Shown one piece after another: positions 28,976-39,100 of a stretch of 64,000 nucleotides of DNA. A program made the position numbers and the translations under genes. The stretch spans positions 17,423 through 81,422 of the forward strand of contig CAXBMO010000029.1 in the NCBI GenBank assembly GCA_963977015.1, read 5' to 3'. The notes under the pieces were generated by a model. It had not been told where the DNA came from, made no database searches, and worked only from the letters and a program-made list of their open reading frames with translations. The stretch comes from an uncultured bacterium. GTDB taxonomy: Bacteria > Verrucomicrobiota > Verrucomicrobiia > Verrucomicrobiales > DEV007. How positions within the stretch are numbered: the first letter of the stretch is position 1; the number at the start of each line of letters is the position of its first letter.

Positions 28976-29695
28976 ATGCAGACCATCGCGGACATTTTCG
29001 TGCTGCGCGGCGAAGAGCGCTTGGGACCCTACACTCCCGAAGCCGCTTCGGATCTCATTTCTAAAGGCCTGCTGGCTGAAGACGATCTCTGCATTCGTGC
29101 CGGTCAGAAACAGACCCAGCTTCTGCGCCAGGTTCTTGGTTATGGTGGCTCGGAGTTTGAGATTGTTCCCATGCCGGGGTTTGAGGCGGGGCGTGAGGAA
29201 TACATTCCCTACACCACGCCACTCGATCCTCCTCCCAAACCGCCGGATCCCGCGGAAATCGACACCAGTCGCATCGTTTATACCGGGCACCCGAGCTATT
29301 TGAACTTTCCCTGGTTGGTCGGGACGTCGCTGACATTGATCATTGTTGGAGCGATCCTTTGGGCGGCCAACGGATTCATCCTGCTGGGAGGATTGGTGTT
29401 TACCCTGTTCACCTACGTCTTCATCTCCATTCATCGGGCGATGCGGCAGTACCTGATTTCCCGAAAGCGGGTCGAAATTATCTACGGTCTATTGATCAAG
29501 AGTTCCCACGAAGTGAGAATCAGCGACATTCGGACCATCAACGTGAAAGCCAACGGTTTGAAGGGCCTCATGGGCGTTGGAAATGTCGAATTCGCGTCGG
29601 CCGGAAGCGGTGGGATGGAAGTGGAATTCCGCGGAGTTCGGCGCCCTCACCAGATCAAGGAACTGGTGAGAGCGATTCAGGACGGGAAAGTTTAG
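28976..29695 (+). CDS. Membrane protein with N-terminal GYF_2-like domain, two TM helices and a bPH_2 domain
   Basis: IFVLRGEERLGPYT..., Pro-rich linker, two hydrophobic helices, YLISRKRVEIIYGLL...EVRISDIRTINV...GVGNVEF. Confidence 0.75.
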   Translation: MQTIADIFVLRGEERLGPYTPEAASDLISKGLLAEDDLCIRAGQKQTQLLRQVLGYGGSEFEIVPMPGFEAGREEYIPYTTPLDPPPKPPDPAEIDTSRIVYTGHPSYLNFPWLVGTSLTLIIVGAILWAANGFILLGGLVFTLFTYVFISIHRAMRQYLISRKRVEIIYGLLIKSSHEVRISDIRTINVKANGLKGLMGVGNVEFASAGSGGMEVEFRGVRRPHQIKELVRAIQDGKV

Positions 29696-29704
29696 ACGGG
29701 TGTC

Positions 29705-30994
29705 TTAAACCGTGGGAGACCAGCCGTCGCGATATTCGCGGGACCAATGTTCCATCGCTTTTTCATCGACTGGTCGGCCCGTTTCGGGATCGATTTCCAG
29801 AACCTGCCTGGTCTTCAAGGCGATGTTTGCCAGGTGACACCAGCGGGAACTCTTCTGAGCGTCGCCAATTTCTGAATGGAGGGGAACGTCGGCTCGAATC
29901 GCGTCGGCGAGATTCTGGAAGTGGTATTGGTCGCCGCCAACTCGAGGCTGTTTATCGACTTCCTTGCCCTGCAGATCGTAGAACGTGATGCCCGAGCCAT
30001 CGCAACTCGCAAATCCCTTTTCGCAAGACCAACTGGCAAAAGGGTGGGACTCCGGTTTCCGGCGATGGCAGCTACTCTGCTCCCAACTGGCGCCGACTTC
30101 TCCAAAATCGAACAAGGCGGTTCCGGTGTCCGGCGTCTCCTGATTGTCCTCGTGATGATAGCGATTGCCCTGAAACGAGACCGTCTTCGGGGTGTCGACT
30201 CCCAGTCCCCATCGGACCACATCAAGGCTGTGAACTCCGTTGTTGGCCATTTCACCACCCCCAAAATGCCAGTGCCAGTGCCAGTTGTAATGGACGAGAT
30301 TGTCCTTGAATGCGTATTCCGGACAAGGCCCGAGCCATAAATCGTAATTCAGATTTTGAGGCGGTTCTGCCGGCTTTCCAATTCCAATGGAAGGGCGTTG
30401 ATTGATGTAGTAGCTCCTTCCATAGATGGGCTTTCCGATCACGCCGTCCTGAAGCTTCTGGATCCCTTCGATCATCGACGGATAACTCCGGCGCTGGTTC
30501 CCCATTTGAACTTTGCGGTCATACTTTCTCGCCGCTTCGACCATCAGTTCGCCTTCCCGTCCGTTATGGCTGCCGGGCTTTTCGACGTAGACGTGTTTTC
30601 CGGCTTTGCAGGCCAGAATGGTCGCGGGTGCGTGCCAGTAGTTCGGTGCCGCAATGGAAATGATGTCAACCTGCGGATCTTCGAGGATCTTCCGAAAGTC
30701 GGTCACGAACTTGGCCGGTTGTTCCTGCCCACTGCGCTTGAGCACGCCGGCTGCTTCTTCGTGGCGTTTGGAATCGACATCGCAGAGGTAGGCGATCTCG
30801 ACCCCCGGGACTTGGAGCCAGCCCTTGATGTGGCCCCTGCCTCTCCCCAGCCCCATAATTCCCACAATCAATTTTTGGGAAGGTGCGTCCTGACCACGGG
30901 CGCTGGTCAAGGTGTTGATGGTGGCGGCTCCGATCGCTGTTCCAGCAGCGGTTTTTGAGAATTGACGTCGGGTTGGATTGTTTTCGAGGGGCAT
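29705..30994 (-). CDS. Gfo/Idh/MocA-family oxidoreductase (Tat-exported)
   Basis: TRRQF Tat motif; GLGRG, APNYWH, HVYVEKP, QMGNQRRS, GVHSLD. Confidence 0.92.
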   Translation of the reverse strand: MPLENNPTRRQFSKTAAGTAIGAATINTLTSARGQDAPSQKLIVGIMGLGRGRGHIKGWLQVPGVEIAYLCDVDSKRHEEAAGVLKRSGQEQPAKFVTDFRKILEDPQVDIISIAAPNYWHAPATILACKAGKHVYVEKPGSHNGREGELMVEAARKYDRKVQMGNQRRSYPSMIEGIQKLQDGVIGKPIYGRSYYINQRPSIGIGKPAEPPQNLNYDLWLGPCPEYAFKDNLVHYNWHWHWHFGGGEMANNGVHSLDVVRWGLGVDTPKTVSFQGNRYHHEDNQETPDTGTALFDFGEVGASWEQSSCHRRKPESHPFASWSCEKGFASCDGSGITFYDLQGKEVDKQPRVGGDQYHFQNLADAIRADVPLHSEIGDAQKSSRWCHLANIALKTRQVLEIDPETGRPVDEKAMEHWSREYRDGWSPTV

Positions 30995-31049
30995 GTTGAG
31001 AACACGCCGTTTCCCCGGTTATCTTATCAACTCCAGTCTCCGGAACGCT

Positions 31050-31895
31050 TTATCGAATGTTGGCGAGGAAGCCGTTTTTGCCGCGCTGAGTCACTGCCAG
31101 CTCTCTGCGGAAGAGGGCGGGATCGGCAATGTAGGTCTGATTGCCGTATTCGGCGCGGCCGAAGTCGCTGTCCACTGCCACAATAACTCCGGCAAGCTCC
31201 CACCGCTTGGCATCTGGATTGTAGTGGAATGCTGCCCCGCCGGAATCTCCGGGAGCCGCCTGGCATTCGTGAACGCCGCGTCCAAACTTGGCTGCAAATC
31301 CGAAGCTGGAGTAGTTACTGGTCGACATCGGCGCAGTGTAGATTTGTTCGATCGAATTGGTTCCCCAGCGCAGCGTGTAGTCCTCAGTCCAGGAATAGGC
31401 GTCGGAGGCACTTGCGCGACCACCAGCTCCCGCTCCGAGAAGAAGCAATTGGGTGCCGGATTTGGGGACCATGGTCGTCAGCGGAATGAACGGAAGTTTG
31501 GAAACAGAATCCCGGTTGGAGAATTCAATCTTGAAGAGGCAGAGGTCTGCAGTCGATCCATCGGAATTTTTGAAAAACTGTGCGGAACCACGAACTGCGT
31601 CATATCGGCTGCCATCCGAGAGTCTGAATGTGCCAGGGCCGACATGGGCGGCCGTCAAAACGTAACCGGATCCAAGGTAAACTCCGGTGGAACGATCAAT
31701 CTGACCCACGTTGTTCCAGTAGGGAAATGTGTCCCGCTTCAGGGCCCGCTTCACATAGTGTTGCAGTGCTCCTTCGCTTTCGCTGATTGAGGCTTGGCCC
31801 GGGGCAACAAGAGCTTGGGCGGAATAGGAAGCCAGCATGATGATGCTGACGGAAACGAGTCTGAGAGTGAGCTGGAAGGGGAGTCTCCTTTTCAT
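31050..31895 (-). CDS. Secreted trypsin-like serine protease
   Basis: Catalytic triad context VLTAAHV, ADLCL, GDSGG; signal peptide. Confidence 0.85.
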   Translation of the reverse strand: MKRRLPFQLTLRLVSVSIIMLASYSAQALVAPGQASISESEGALQHYVKRALKRDTFPYWNNVGQIDRSTGVYLGSGYVLTAAHVGPGTFRLSDGSRYDAVRGSAQFFKNSDGSTADLCLFKIEFSNRDSVSKLPFIPLTTMVPKSGTQLLLLGAGAGGRASASDAYSWTEDYTLRWGTNSIEQIYTAPMSTSNYSSFGFAAKFGRGVHECQAAPGDSGGAAFHYNPDAKRWELAGVIVAVDSDFGRAEYGNQTYIADPALFRRELAVTQRGKNGFLANIR

Positions 31896-32368
31896 TCTGG
31901 TGTGGTGAGGGATTTGACGAGGGGTATCAGAATCTATTCGGGTTTGCCAATGCAGGACTCATTTTACGGAAATTATAAAAATTATCAATCACTTTATTTA
32001 GATCGAAGGGCAGTTTTGCAAATTTGAACGCGTTTGATAAGAAAAAAAGGAATCATCTTCCTGTCTAGAGGACGAACTAACTCAAAATTGCAGACTGTTT
32101 CTCACTTTTGAATATTAAAATTAAGAAAATGAAGAAATGGAGCTTGATGAGAGAGTTGGAGCTCCTGCTTGTTCGCGTCCCTTTTGGATAAGTCACACCT
32201 CTTCACCAGTTTTGCGGTCCCTCGCTTTGTGTGAAGGGAAACGAGAAGTCGTAGCCAACCGGATCCTTATTCCAGGGACGTCAAAAATTGATCTGATCCA
32301 GCAAAGCCCTCTCTTGCGTTTATCTGGGAAAGGTCCACAATCTAGGCTTTTCCCTGTTCCCTGTTTTA

Positions 32369-32866
32369 ATGGCAAGAACTTCGTTACCACCCAGGCCTCG
32401 GCCAACCTACGGTCCCCAGTCCATTGCGATTGTTGGAAGCCTCTATAATCGCAAACTGGTCGATTCCCTCGTCGATTCGGCTCATGAGGAGCTGAAGGCG
32501 ATTTTGCCGGGGGAGAAGTTCCCCATTTTTCGCGTTCCCGGTGCCTTTGAGATTCCTGTAACGGTTGAGAATCTTTGCCGCCGTGGCGCGTTCAGCGCGA
32601 TTATCGCCCTGGGAGTCATCATTCGCGGTGAAACGGCTCACGCGGACTTGGTGGCGAGCTCGGTCACGGATGGTCTACAGAATATTGCGATCGAGCACGG
32701 CACGCCTGTCATTCACGAGGTCTTGCTCGTTGATACGGAACGCCATGCCTTTGAGCGTTGCATGGGAACGGAAATTAACCGTGGAATCGAAGCCGCGAGA
32801 GCCGCTGCCGGGATGGCAGATCTCTTTGGCCAAATCGCGAATGCTTATCCAGCGAATCACGCATGA
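32369..32866 (+). CDS. ribH: 6,7-dimethyl-8-ribityllumazine synthase
   Basis: VPGAFEIP, IALGVIIRGETAH; ATGA overlap with nusB. Confidence 0.95.
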   Translation: MARTSLPPRPRPTYGPQSIAIVGSLYNRKLVDSLVDSAHEELKAILPGEKFPIFRVPGAFEIPVTVENLCRRGAFSAIIALGVIIRGETAHADLVASSVTDGLQNIAIEHGTPVIHEVLLVDTERHAFERCMGTEINRGIEAARAAAGMADLFGQIANAYPANHA

Positions 32867-33282
32867 GTAACAGAAGAAGAAAGGGGAGGGAAGCCGCGCT
32901 TCAGTTGCTCTTTGCCTCCGATATTGAGGGCGAGTTGAGTGACGGCCAGAATCGCAAGAATTTTTGGGAGCTTTGCAACGTGAAAGCTTCGCGGAGGGAA
33001 TTTGCCGAGGAATTGGTCAACGGAGTTCTTGAGAACCTCGAAGCGATAGACTCGGTTTTGCGCCGTTGTGTCGATAACTATGAATTGCCACGGCTGGCTG
33101 CGGTTGATCGGAATCTCCTCCGGCTGGCGACCTACGAAATTTTGCTCGTGGAAGCAGTGCCGCCGGCTGTAGCGATCAATGAAGCGATCGAAATCGCCAA
33201 GGATTTCGGGACACCGGAATCCAGCCGGTTCATCAACGGAATTCTGGATCGGGCTCAGAAAGAAGCGATCACGGCGATTTGA
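32863..33282 (+). CDS. nusB: Transcription antitermination factor NusB
   Basis: RRRKGREAALQLLF, VDRNLLRLATYE, VAINEAIEIAK, FINGILD. Confidence 0.96.
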   Translation: MSNRRRKGREAALQLLFASDIEGELSDGQNRKNFWELCNVKASRREFAEELVNGVLENLEAIDSVLRRCVDNYELPRLAAVDRNLLRLATYEILLVEAVPPAVAINEAIEIAKDFGTPESSRFINGILDRAQKEAITAI

Positions 33283-33285
33283 GTT

Positions 33286-34131
33286 ATGGGACTGTTTGAT
33301 TCCATCCTTAAGCGATTCGGCAACAAGGAGATCGATTGGGACGATCTGGAGGCGATGCTGATTGGTGCCGATTTGGGCGCTCCGCTCGCCATGGAGATTA
33401 TCGATGAATTGCAGGATCTCGGGCGGACGCTCAAAACCCAGGATGTTTTGGATCGAACCCGGGAGGCAGTGGTTAACATTCTTCCGGAATCCGTTCCCGG
33501 CCTGCAGCCTCTGGAAAATGGGAAGCCGCGGGTGGTTCTCGTTGCGGGGGTGAACGGCACCGGAAAAACGACATCGACCGCCAAACTTGGCTACTTCCTC
33601 AAACAGCAGGGCCTCAGCGTGATGTTTGCAGCGGCGGACACCTTCAGGGCTGCCGCCATTGAGCAGTTGGTTTCGTGGGCCGAGCGGACGGACATCCCCA
33701 TTGTTAAGACCCAGTATCAAGGTGATCCAAGCGCCGTTTGTTACGACGCCTATGAAGCGGCGGAAAAACGGGGGATCCAGTTCCTCCTCGCGGATACGGC
33801 GGGTCGACTTCACACGCGTTCAAATCTCATGGAGGAGCTCAAAAAGGTTCGGCGCACGATGGGGAAGAAAGATCCGGCGGCTCCCCATGACCGGCTTCTG
33901 GTGGTGGATGCGACAACGGGATCGAATGCGCTGGCTCAGGCGAGAGAGTTTCATGCGGCGCTGGATCTGACCGGACTAATCATCACCAAGTTGGATGGAT
34001 CCGGCAAAGGCGGAATGGCCGTTGCGATTCAACAGCAGTTGCAGATCCCGACCTGGTTTGTCGGCACAGGTGAGAAGGTCGATGATTTCCATCAGTTTGA
34101 GCGGAAAGACTTCGTCGAAGAGATGATCTAG
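33286..34131 (+). CDS. ftsY: Signal recognition particle receptor FtsY
   Basis: GVNGTGKTT, DTFRAAA, DTAGR, TKLDGSGKGG, GTGE. Confidence 0.96.
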   Translation: MGLFDSILKRFGNKEIDWDDLEAMLIGADLGAPLAMEIIDELQDLGRTLKTQDVLDRTREAVVNILPESVPGLQPLENGKPRVVLVAGVNGTGKTTSTAKLGYFLKQQGLSVMFAAADTFRAAAIEQLVSWAERTDIPIVKTQYQGDPSAVCYDAYEAAEKRGIQFLLADTAGRLHTRSNLMEELKKVRRTMGKKDPAAPHDRLLVVDATTGSNALAQAREFHAALDLTGLIITKLDGSGKGGMAVAIQQQLQIPTWFVGTGEKVDDFHQFERKDFVEEMI

Positions 34132-34207
34132 CCTCTCTCTGTGAGTCGTTTTCGCCTCGCATGGTTTTTTGGTGGGAAGTGATTCAAAAATCCCGCAACA
34201 TGATGGG

Positions 34208-35542
34208 ATGAGTGCGCAAAACCCCACGCGTCGCCAGGTTCTGAAGTCCGCTGCCGCCTGCCTGGCGCCAACCATTATACCAGCAAGTGCGCTCGGGTTG
34301 GGAGATCGCCCGGCCCCGAGCGAACGGGTAACGATGGGCTTCGTCGGGATCGGTCTGCAGGGAATTGGAGTGATGGAGGCATTTCTTAAGCACGCCGATG
34401 TTCAGGGAGTGGCCATCTGTGATGTTCATGACAAGCATCATCGGGATCGTGATTGGGGTGAAGGACGCGTGTTGGGGCGCGAGATCGGAAAGTCGATCGT
34501 TGATCAAACCTATGGAACTACGGATTGTGCCGCCTACTCCGACTTTCGGGAACTCATCGCGAGAGATGATATTGACGCGGTCCAGGTCTCAACTCCCGAT
34601 CATTGGCATGCCTTGATTACCCTGGCGGCATTGAGAAGTGGAAAAGACGTCTACTGCGAGAAGCCCGTAACTCACTCGTTTTTGGAGGGACAGGCGCTGG
34701 TTCGAGCTGTGGCCGAAAACGGTTCCATCTTCCAGGTGGGTTCTCAACAGCGGTCCGATGCCAAGTTTCGCAAACCGGTGGAAATTGTGCGAAATGGCCA
34801 TCTTGGGCAAATTCAGCGGGTGGAAGTCGGCCTTCCCCCGTGCTACTCGACGCCGCAGGGGGATCCCGCGATCATCGAGCCTCCCGAAGGATTGGACTAT
34901 GACTTGTGGTGTGGACCCAGCCCCGTCTTGCCGCACATGCGGGCGAGGCACCATCGGTCGTGGCGTTATCACACCGCTTTTGGGGGAGGGACGCTCATGG
35001 ACTGGATTGGTCACCACTACGACATCGCGCATTGGGGGCTTGGGGTTGAGCGCGGTGGGCCGATTTGCGTGGAAGCCAGGAATTGGACCTGGCCCGAAAC
35101 CGAGATCTACGACACTCCGGTGGATTACGATATTTTGTGTAGCTACGAAGGTGGCATCGAAACCCTGATTTCATCACGCAAGCCGATGGGGACGAAGTGG
35201 ATTGGCGAGGACGGTTGGCTGAGTGTCAGCCGAAAAGAGACGAGCGCGTCGAATCCCGCATGGTTGGAGGGCGAGTTCAATCCCGGTAAATGGAAAGCCT
35301 ATCGTTCACCGGGTCATCAAAGAAACTTTGTGGATTCGGTCAAAAATCGGCGGGAAACCGTGGCGCCGGCGGAAATCGGGCATCGCTCCATCACCCCGGG
35401 GCATCTGGGGTGGGTATCCGCAAAAACGGGGCGACCCTTGGACTGGAATCCGGCATCGGAGACGATTGCAAATGATGATGGCGCTCAACAGGAGCTCGAG
35501 ACCTTGAACTACCGCAAACCCTGGCGTCTCGACAAATCCTGA
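34208..35542 (+). CDS. Gfo/Idh/MocA-family oxidoreductase (Tat-exported)
   Basis: TRRQVL Tat motif; GIGLQG, TPDHWH, DVYCEKP, QVGSQQRS, DWIGHHYD. Confidence 0.92.
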   Translation: MSAQNPTRRQVLKSAAACLAPTIIPASALGLGDRPAPSERVTMGFVGIGLQGIGVMEAFLKHADVQGVAICDVHDKHHRDRDWGEGRVLGREIGKSIVDQTYGTTDCAAYSDFRELIARDDIDAVQVSTPDHWHALITLAALRSGKDVYCEKPVTHSFLEGQALVRAVAENGSIFQVGSQQRSDAKFRKPVEIVRNGHLGQIQRVEVGLPPCYSTPQGDPAIIEPPEGLDYDLWCGPSPVLPHMRARHHRSWRYHTAFGGGTLMDWIGHHYDIAHWGLGVERGGPICVEARNWTWPETEIYDTPVDYDILCSYEGGIETLISSRKPMGTKWIGEDGWLSVSRKETSASNPAWLEGEFNPGKWKAYRSPGHQRNFVDSVKNRRETVAPAEIGHRSITPGHLGWVSAKTGRPLDWNPASETIANDDGAQQELETLNYRKPWRLDKS

Positions 35543-35562
35543 TTTTTCGATATTCTTGAAGG

Positions 35563-35898
35563 ATGGACCCTAACAGAGAGCCAACCAAGTTTGAGCATCG
35601 CGTTTACCAGGCCCTTCAGGAAGTTCCGGAAGGGCGGGTGACGACCTACAAATTCTTAGGAAAAGCTGTCGGTTGCGAATCGAGCCAGGCCATTGGCCAG
35701 GCGATGAAGCGAAATCCGTTTATGCCCGAAGTCCCGTGCCATCGCGTCATCAAATCCGATTTGACGATCGGTGGATATGCCGGAAAGCGCGAGGGTGAGA
35801 AGTTATCCCAAAAACTGAAATTACTCGCCCGGGAAGGAGTTCAATTTGACGCCAATGGTCGCCTCTTGGACGAGCACTGCGTTTTCGATTTCTCCTGA
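35563..35898 (+). CDS. MGMT-family methylated-DNA--protein-cysteine methyltransferase (single domain)
   Basis: VPEGRVTTY, AIGQAMKRNP, PCHRV active-site motif. Confidence 0.88.
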   Translation: MDPNREPTKFEHRVYQALQEVPEGRVTTYKFLGKAVGCESSQAIGQAMKRNPFMPEVPCHRVIKSDLTIGGYAGKREGEKLSQKLKLLAREGVQFDANGRLLDEHCVFDFS

Positions 35899-36161
35899 AT
35901 AGCTTCCTGGATGGTTCAGCTTGAGTGGACGCACTGAAGGGAATCCTGACCACTCAGCCAGGATTCCCTTCCACACAACTTAGACAATTTTATCCCGCAT
36001 CGATCAGGCCGGTTCCACCGCAACTTGGGGAGGTCGATGGAACCGATCGGTCTTGCGTTGGCGATCACCATGGAAGTGACCGTTGTTGCCAAGACGGGAA
36101 TTGGTCAGGGATTTGCGAACTAATTCCAAAACGAGCGAAATTTTGGAATTGCGGCTCGGAT

Positions 36162-39100
36162 TTAGTCCGATGCTGCAGGCTCAGGTGGTGGCTTTGGAGC
36201 GACGACCGTGAGGATTCCCTTCAAGACTTGCCAATGTCCCGGCGTGGTTGCCCGGAAGGGATAGGCGCCAGGTTTGCTTGGGGCGAGGAATTGGAGCGTG
36301 GTCGAGGCTCCCGTCGTGACCAGGCCGGTTGCATGGAGGATCTTGCTTGAAGCCGGGACGGTTTCTGAATTTTTGGCATCACTTTGATGAATGGCTTCGA
36401 CGAGTTTTCCGACCTCATCTTCGGCACCTTGATCCATCAAGACCACGTTGACGGGGGAGGCGTTCTTGTTGGTCAGGGTCATCTCCACGGGGGTGCGGGG
36501 ATTCACGGAAAAGCGGGAGGGCTGATAGGACGGGGCGGCGGTTGCTTCGATCTCGACTTTCTTGATCTTCAGATCGTCTGGAGCCGCTCCCATTCGGGAA
36601 AGCGCCCGCATCGCCGTAAAACGGTCTTCGGTTTGACCTGCATACTTCGCAACCGTGATCAACGAATCCTTAAAGTCGTCGCCCAATTTGCGGGCGACGG
36701 CAGACGCCGCGGCAATTCGTTCGGGCGCGAGTTGAATATCGACCACAATCTTTGCCTCATCGGACGGCCGACTCGTCGTATACACCGCCTCTCCGTCGTT
36801 GTCGCGTAGCTCGAATTGAACCTGTGACGATTGGATGGAGCCGGGGGTGGTGTAAAGTATAACCGATTCGATCTTCATCTCCTCACCCAAGTCCACTTCC
36901 CACCAGAGGTCATCCCCGTCAGTGCTCGACACCTGAACGCCCTGTGCTGAAGCGTCACCCGACGAGTCGACCGGGTAAAACTCTTCCTTATCCAGATTGG
37001 TGATTCCGTTAACGCCGGCAGACGAATGCTGTTCAATTTCTGAAGCCGAGTCCGGGGCCGTGAATTGACTGGTGGTTTTTCCGCTCGCCAGATTCGTCCC
37101 TTCGTAGATGACCTCCAGTTCGGTAAAGCTCAGCCGGTTGGTGTTTGGCGAGACAATCCGGACAAACCGCGCGGTCCGGTGATTCGACTGGTTTGGGGCT
37201 GCCAACTCATCACGAACCAGCGATTTGATCCGGTATTTCACGGCTTCATTCTCGGCGGCAATCTCACAGGCTCTCAACAATTCCGTGTGGGGAAAATCGC
37301 CCTTTGCCGTGATTTTTGCGGCCAGCTCATTCGTTGTATGACTCGTGCTGGCTCCGATGAGGGATGCCGCATAAGCGGTTCTTCGCGATGCCGAATTTGG
37401 CGACTGCTCAGCGATCCGCAGAAGCTTGTCGCGCAAAAAGTGAAGTTCCCAGGCTCCCGCGTGGTTCAAGAGCTGCTGAATATTTTCAATCACCAGACTC
37501 GACGTGTTCTGGTCAGCCAGGCGGCTGACGAAATATTCCGCCAGCGTCTGTCCCTGACGCCGTGCCAGAACAATGGCGGCGCGGTGGAGCCCTGCGAGAT
37601 GCTCCTTTTCGTAGATCTTACGTTCGAAGAGAACGCTCGCGGCCTGGGGTGTCATTTCGCCAGCTACCAAATCAGCATTGGACGTTGCGATCGCTTTTGC
37701 CCGCAGACTGGGTGGCGATCCTGACGCCTTTCCTAGCAGTTTGCAGGTCTCTTCATAAATCGGCTGAAGGTCGTCAGACATGGGCCAATGCCTTGCCAAC
37801 GTCGCGATGTCGCCAGCCTTCGGGGAACCGATTTTTCGGGCGGAAGACAACGCGGCGAGGCGAACCCGGGGATCCTCATCCTCCATGACCTTGGCCAGCA
37901 ACTCCAACGGCTGATCAATACGATCGTGCCAATCCCCCAAGACCCTGGCGGCTGCGGCTCGAGCCTTCGGCTCAGGAGATTCGGTAAGGCTGGAGAGCAG
38001 GGAGGAATCGACCCTTCCGTAGGCCTGATGCAACCAGAGGAGTTCGGTGAGAAGACGTTGCCGGTCGTCGTCGCTGTAGTCGATATCGCCGCTCCATTCA
38101 TTGAGAGCCGCAAACACTTCGGTTGGGCTGCGCGTCCAGAGTTCGCGCCGGACATGCTTTCGCGCATTCGGTTCGGGACTTCTCAACTGCTCCAACAGAA
38201 CCTCGATCGGCGCATCGCTGACGTTCTGACGCCAATATTCCCGCTTTCCTCTCGCGCTAAGCCGCCAAACCCGGCCTTGATGGGGTTCGGATGCGGATTC
38301 CGAATCCATGGCCGCGTCCAAAATATAGAATGCTCCATCCGGACCGACCTTGTAGGCAATTGGCGAAAATGCCGCTGAACCGTCGCTTTTGAGCAAAGGG
38401 TTTTGCTGGCGTTCGATCCTCAAAACAGAGCCTTCGTCTGAAACCTGGAACCAATTGATCGCGCCCGAGTCCGTTTCTGAACCGCGAACGAAGGCCGTTC
38501 TTCGTTGTTTGGGAAAGTGTGGGCTGTAGAGCAGGGTTCCACCGCTACTCGTCTGGAGAGAATGGGGTTCCGAAACCTCATGATCCAGGCTGGCGATCTG
38601 GTCGAGGAGGATCGTTTGATTTCCCTGGCTATTGATCATCAGGCCGCGCCCCCAACCGTCAAACGACAGGCTCATGCGATCAATGAACGGGGAGTTTGAG
38701 ACCATCTCCAGTTTTTCGCTCCGCGGGGAATAGTGGAGAATGGCTTGGTCTGAGATTCGCTGCACACCCCAGGCGGTTTCGACTCGGGAGTGGGTTTGTT
38801 GTCCCTGGCTGAACCAGAGCGAGCCATCCGGTCCCCATTGAAACCCGGCAAGACCAGACTCGGGGGCCGCCGCGCCAAATCCAGAAAAGACCTCTTTCCG
38901 TTGATCGGCCACGCCGTTGTCGTCGCGGTCGAGGTAGCGAACCAGCGTTCGCTGTTCCGCGATCACCGCGCCACGCTCGGCAAGGGTAAATCCGGTTGGG
39001 AGTTGGAGACCACGAGCGAAGACAGAGTGAGAATCGACAACGTGGTCCATGTCTTCGTCCTCGAGAATGAGGAGATAGTCGTCAGGCAACTCAATGGAGT

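Noticed and set aside
31896-32140. AT-rich tract as oriC
   Set aside because: No clustered TTATCCACA-like DnaA boxes and no dnaA/dnaN/gidA context seen.
32137-32368. FMN riboswitch upstream of ribH
   Set aside because: The conserved RFN blocks (AGGGTGAAATTCCC, AGTCTGGATG) are absent.
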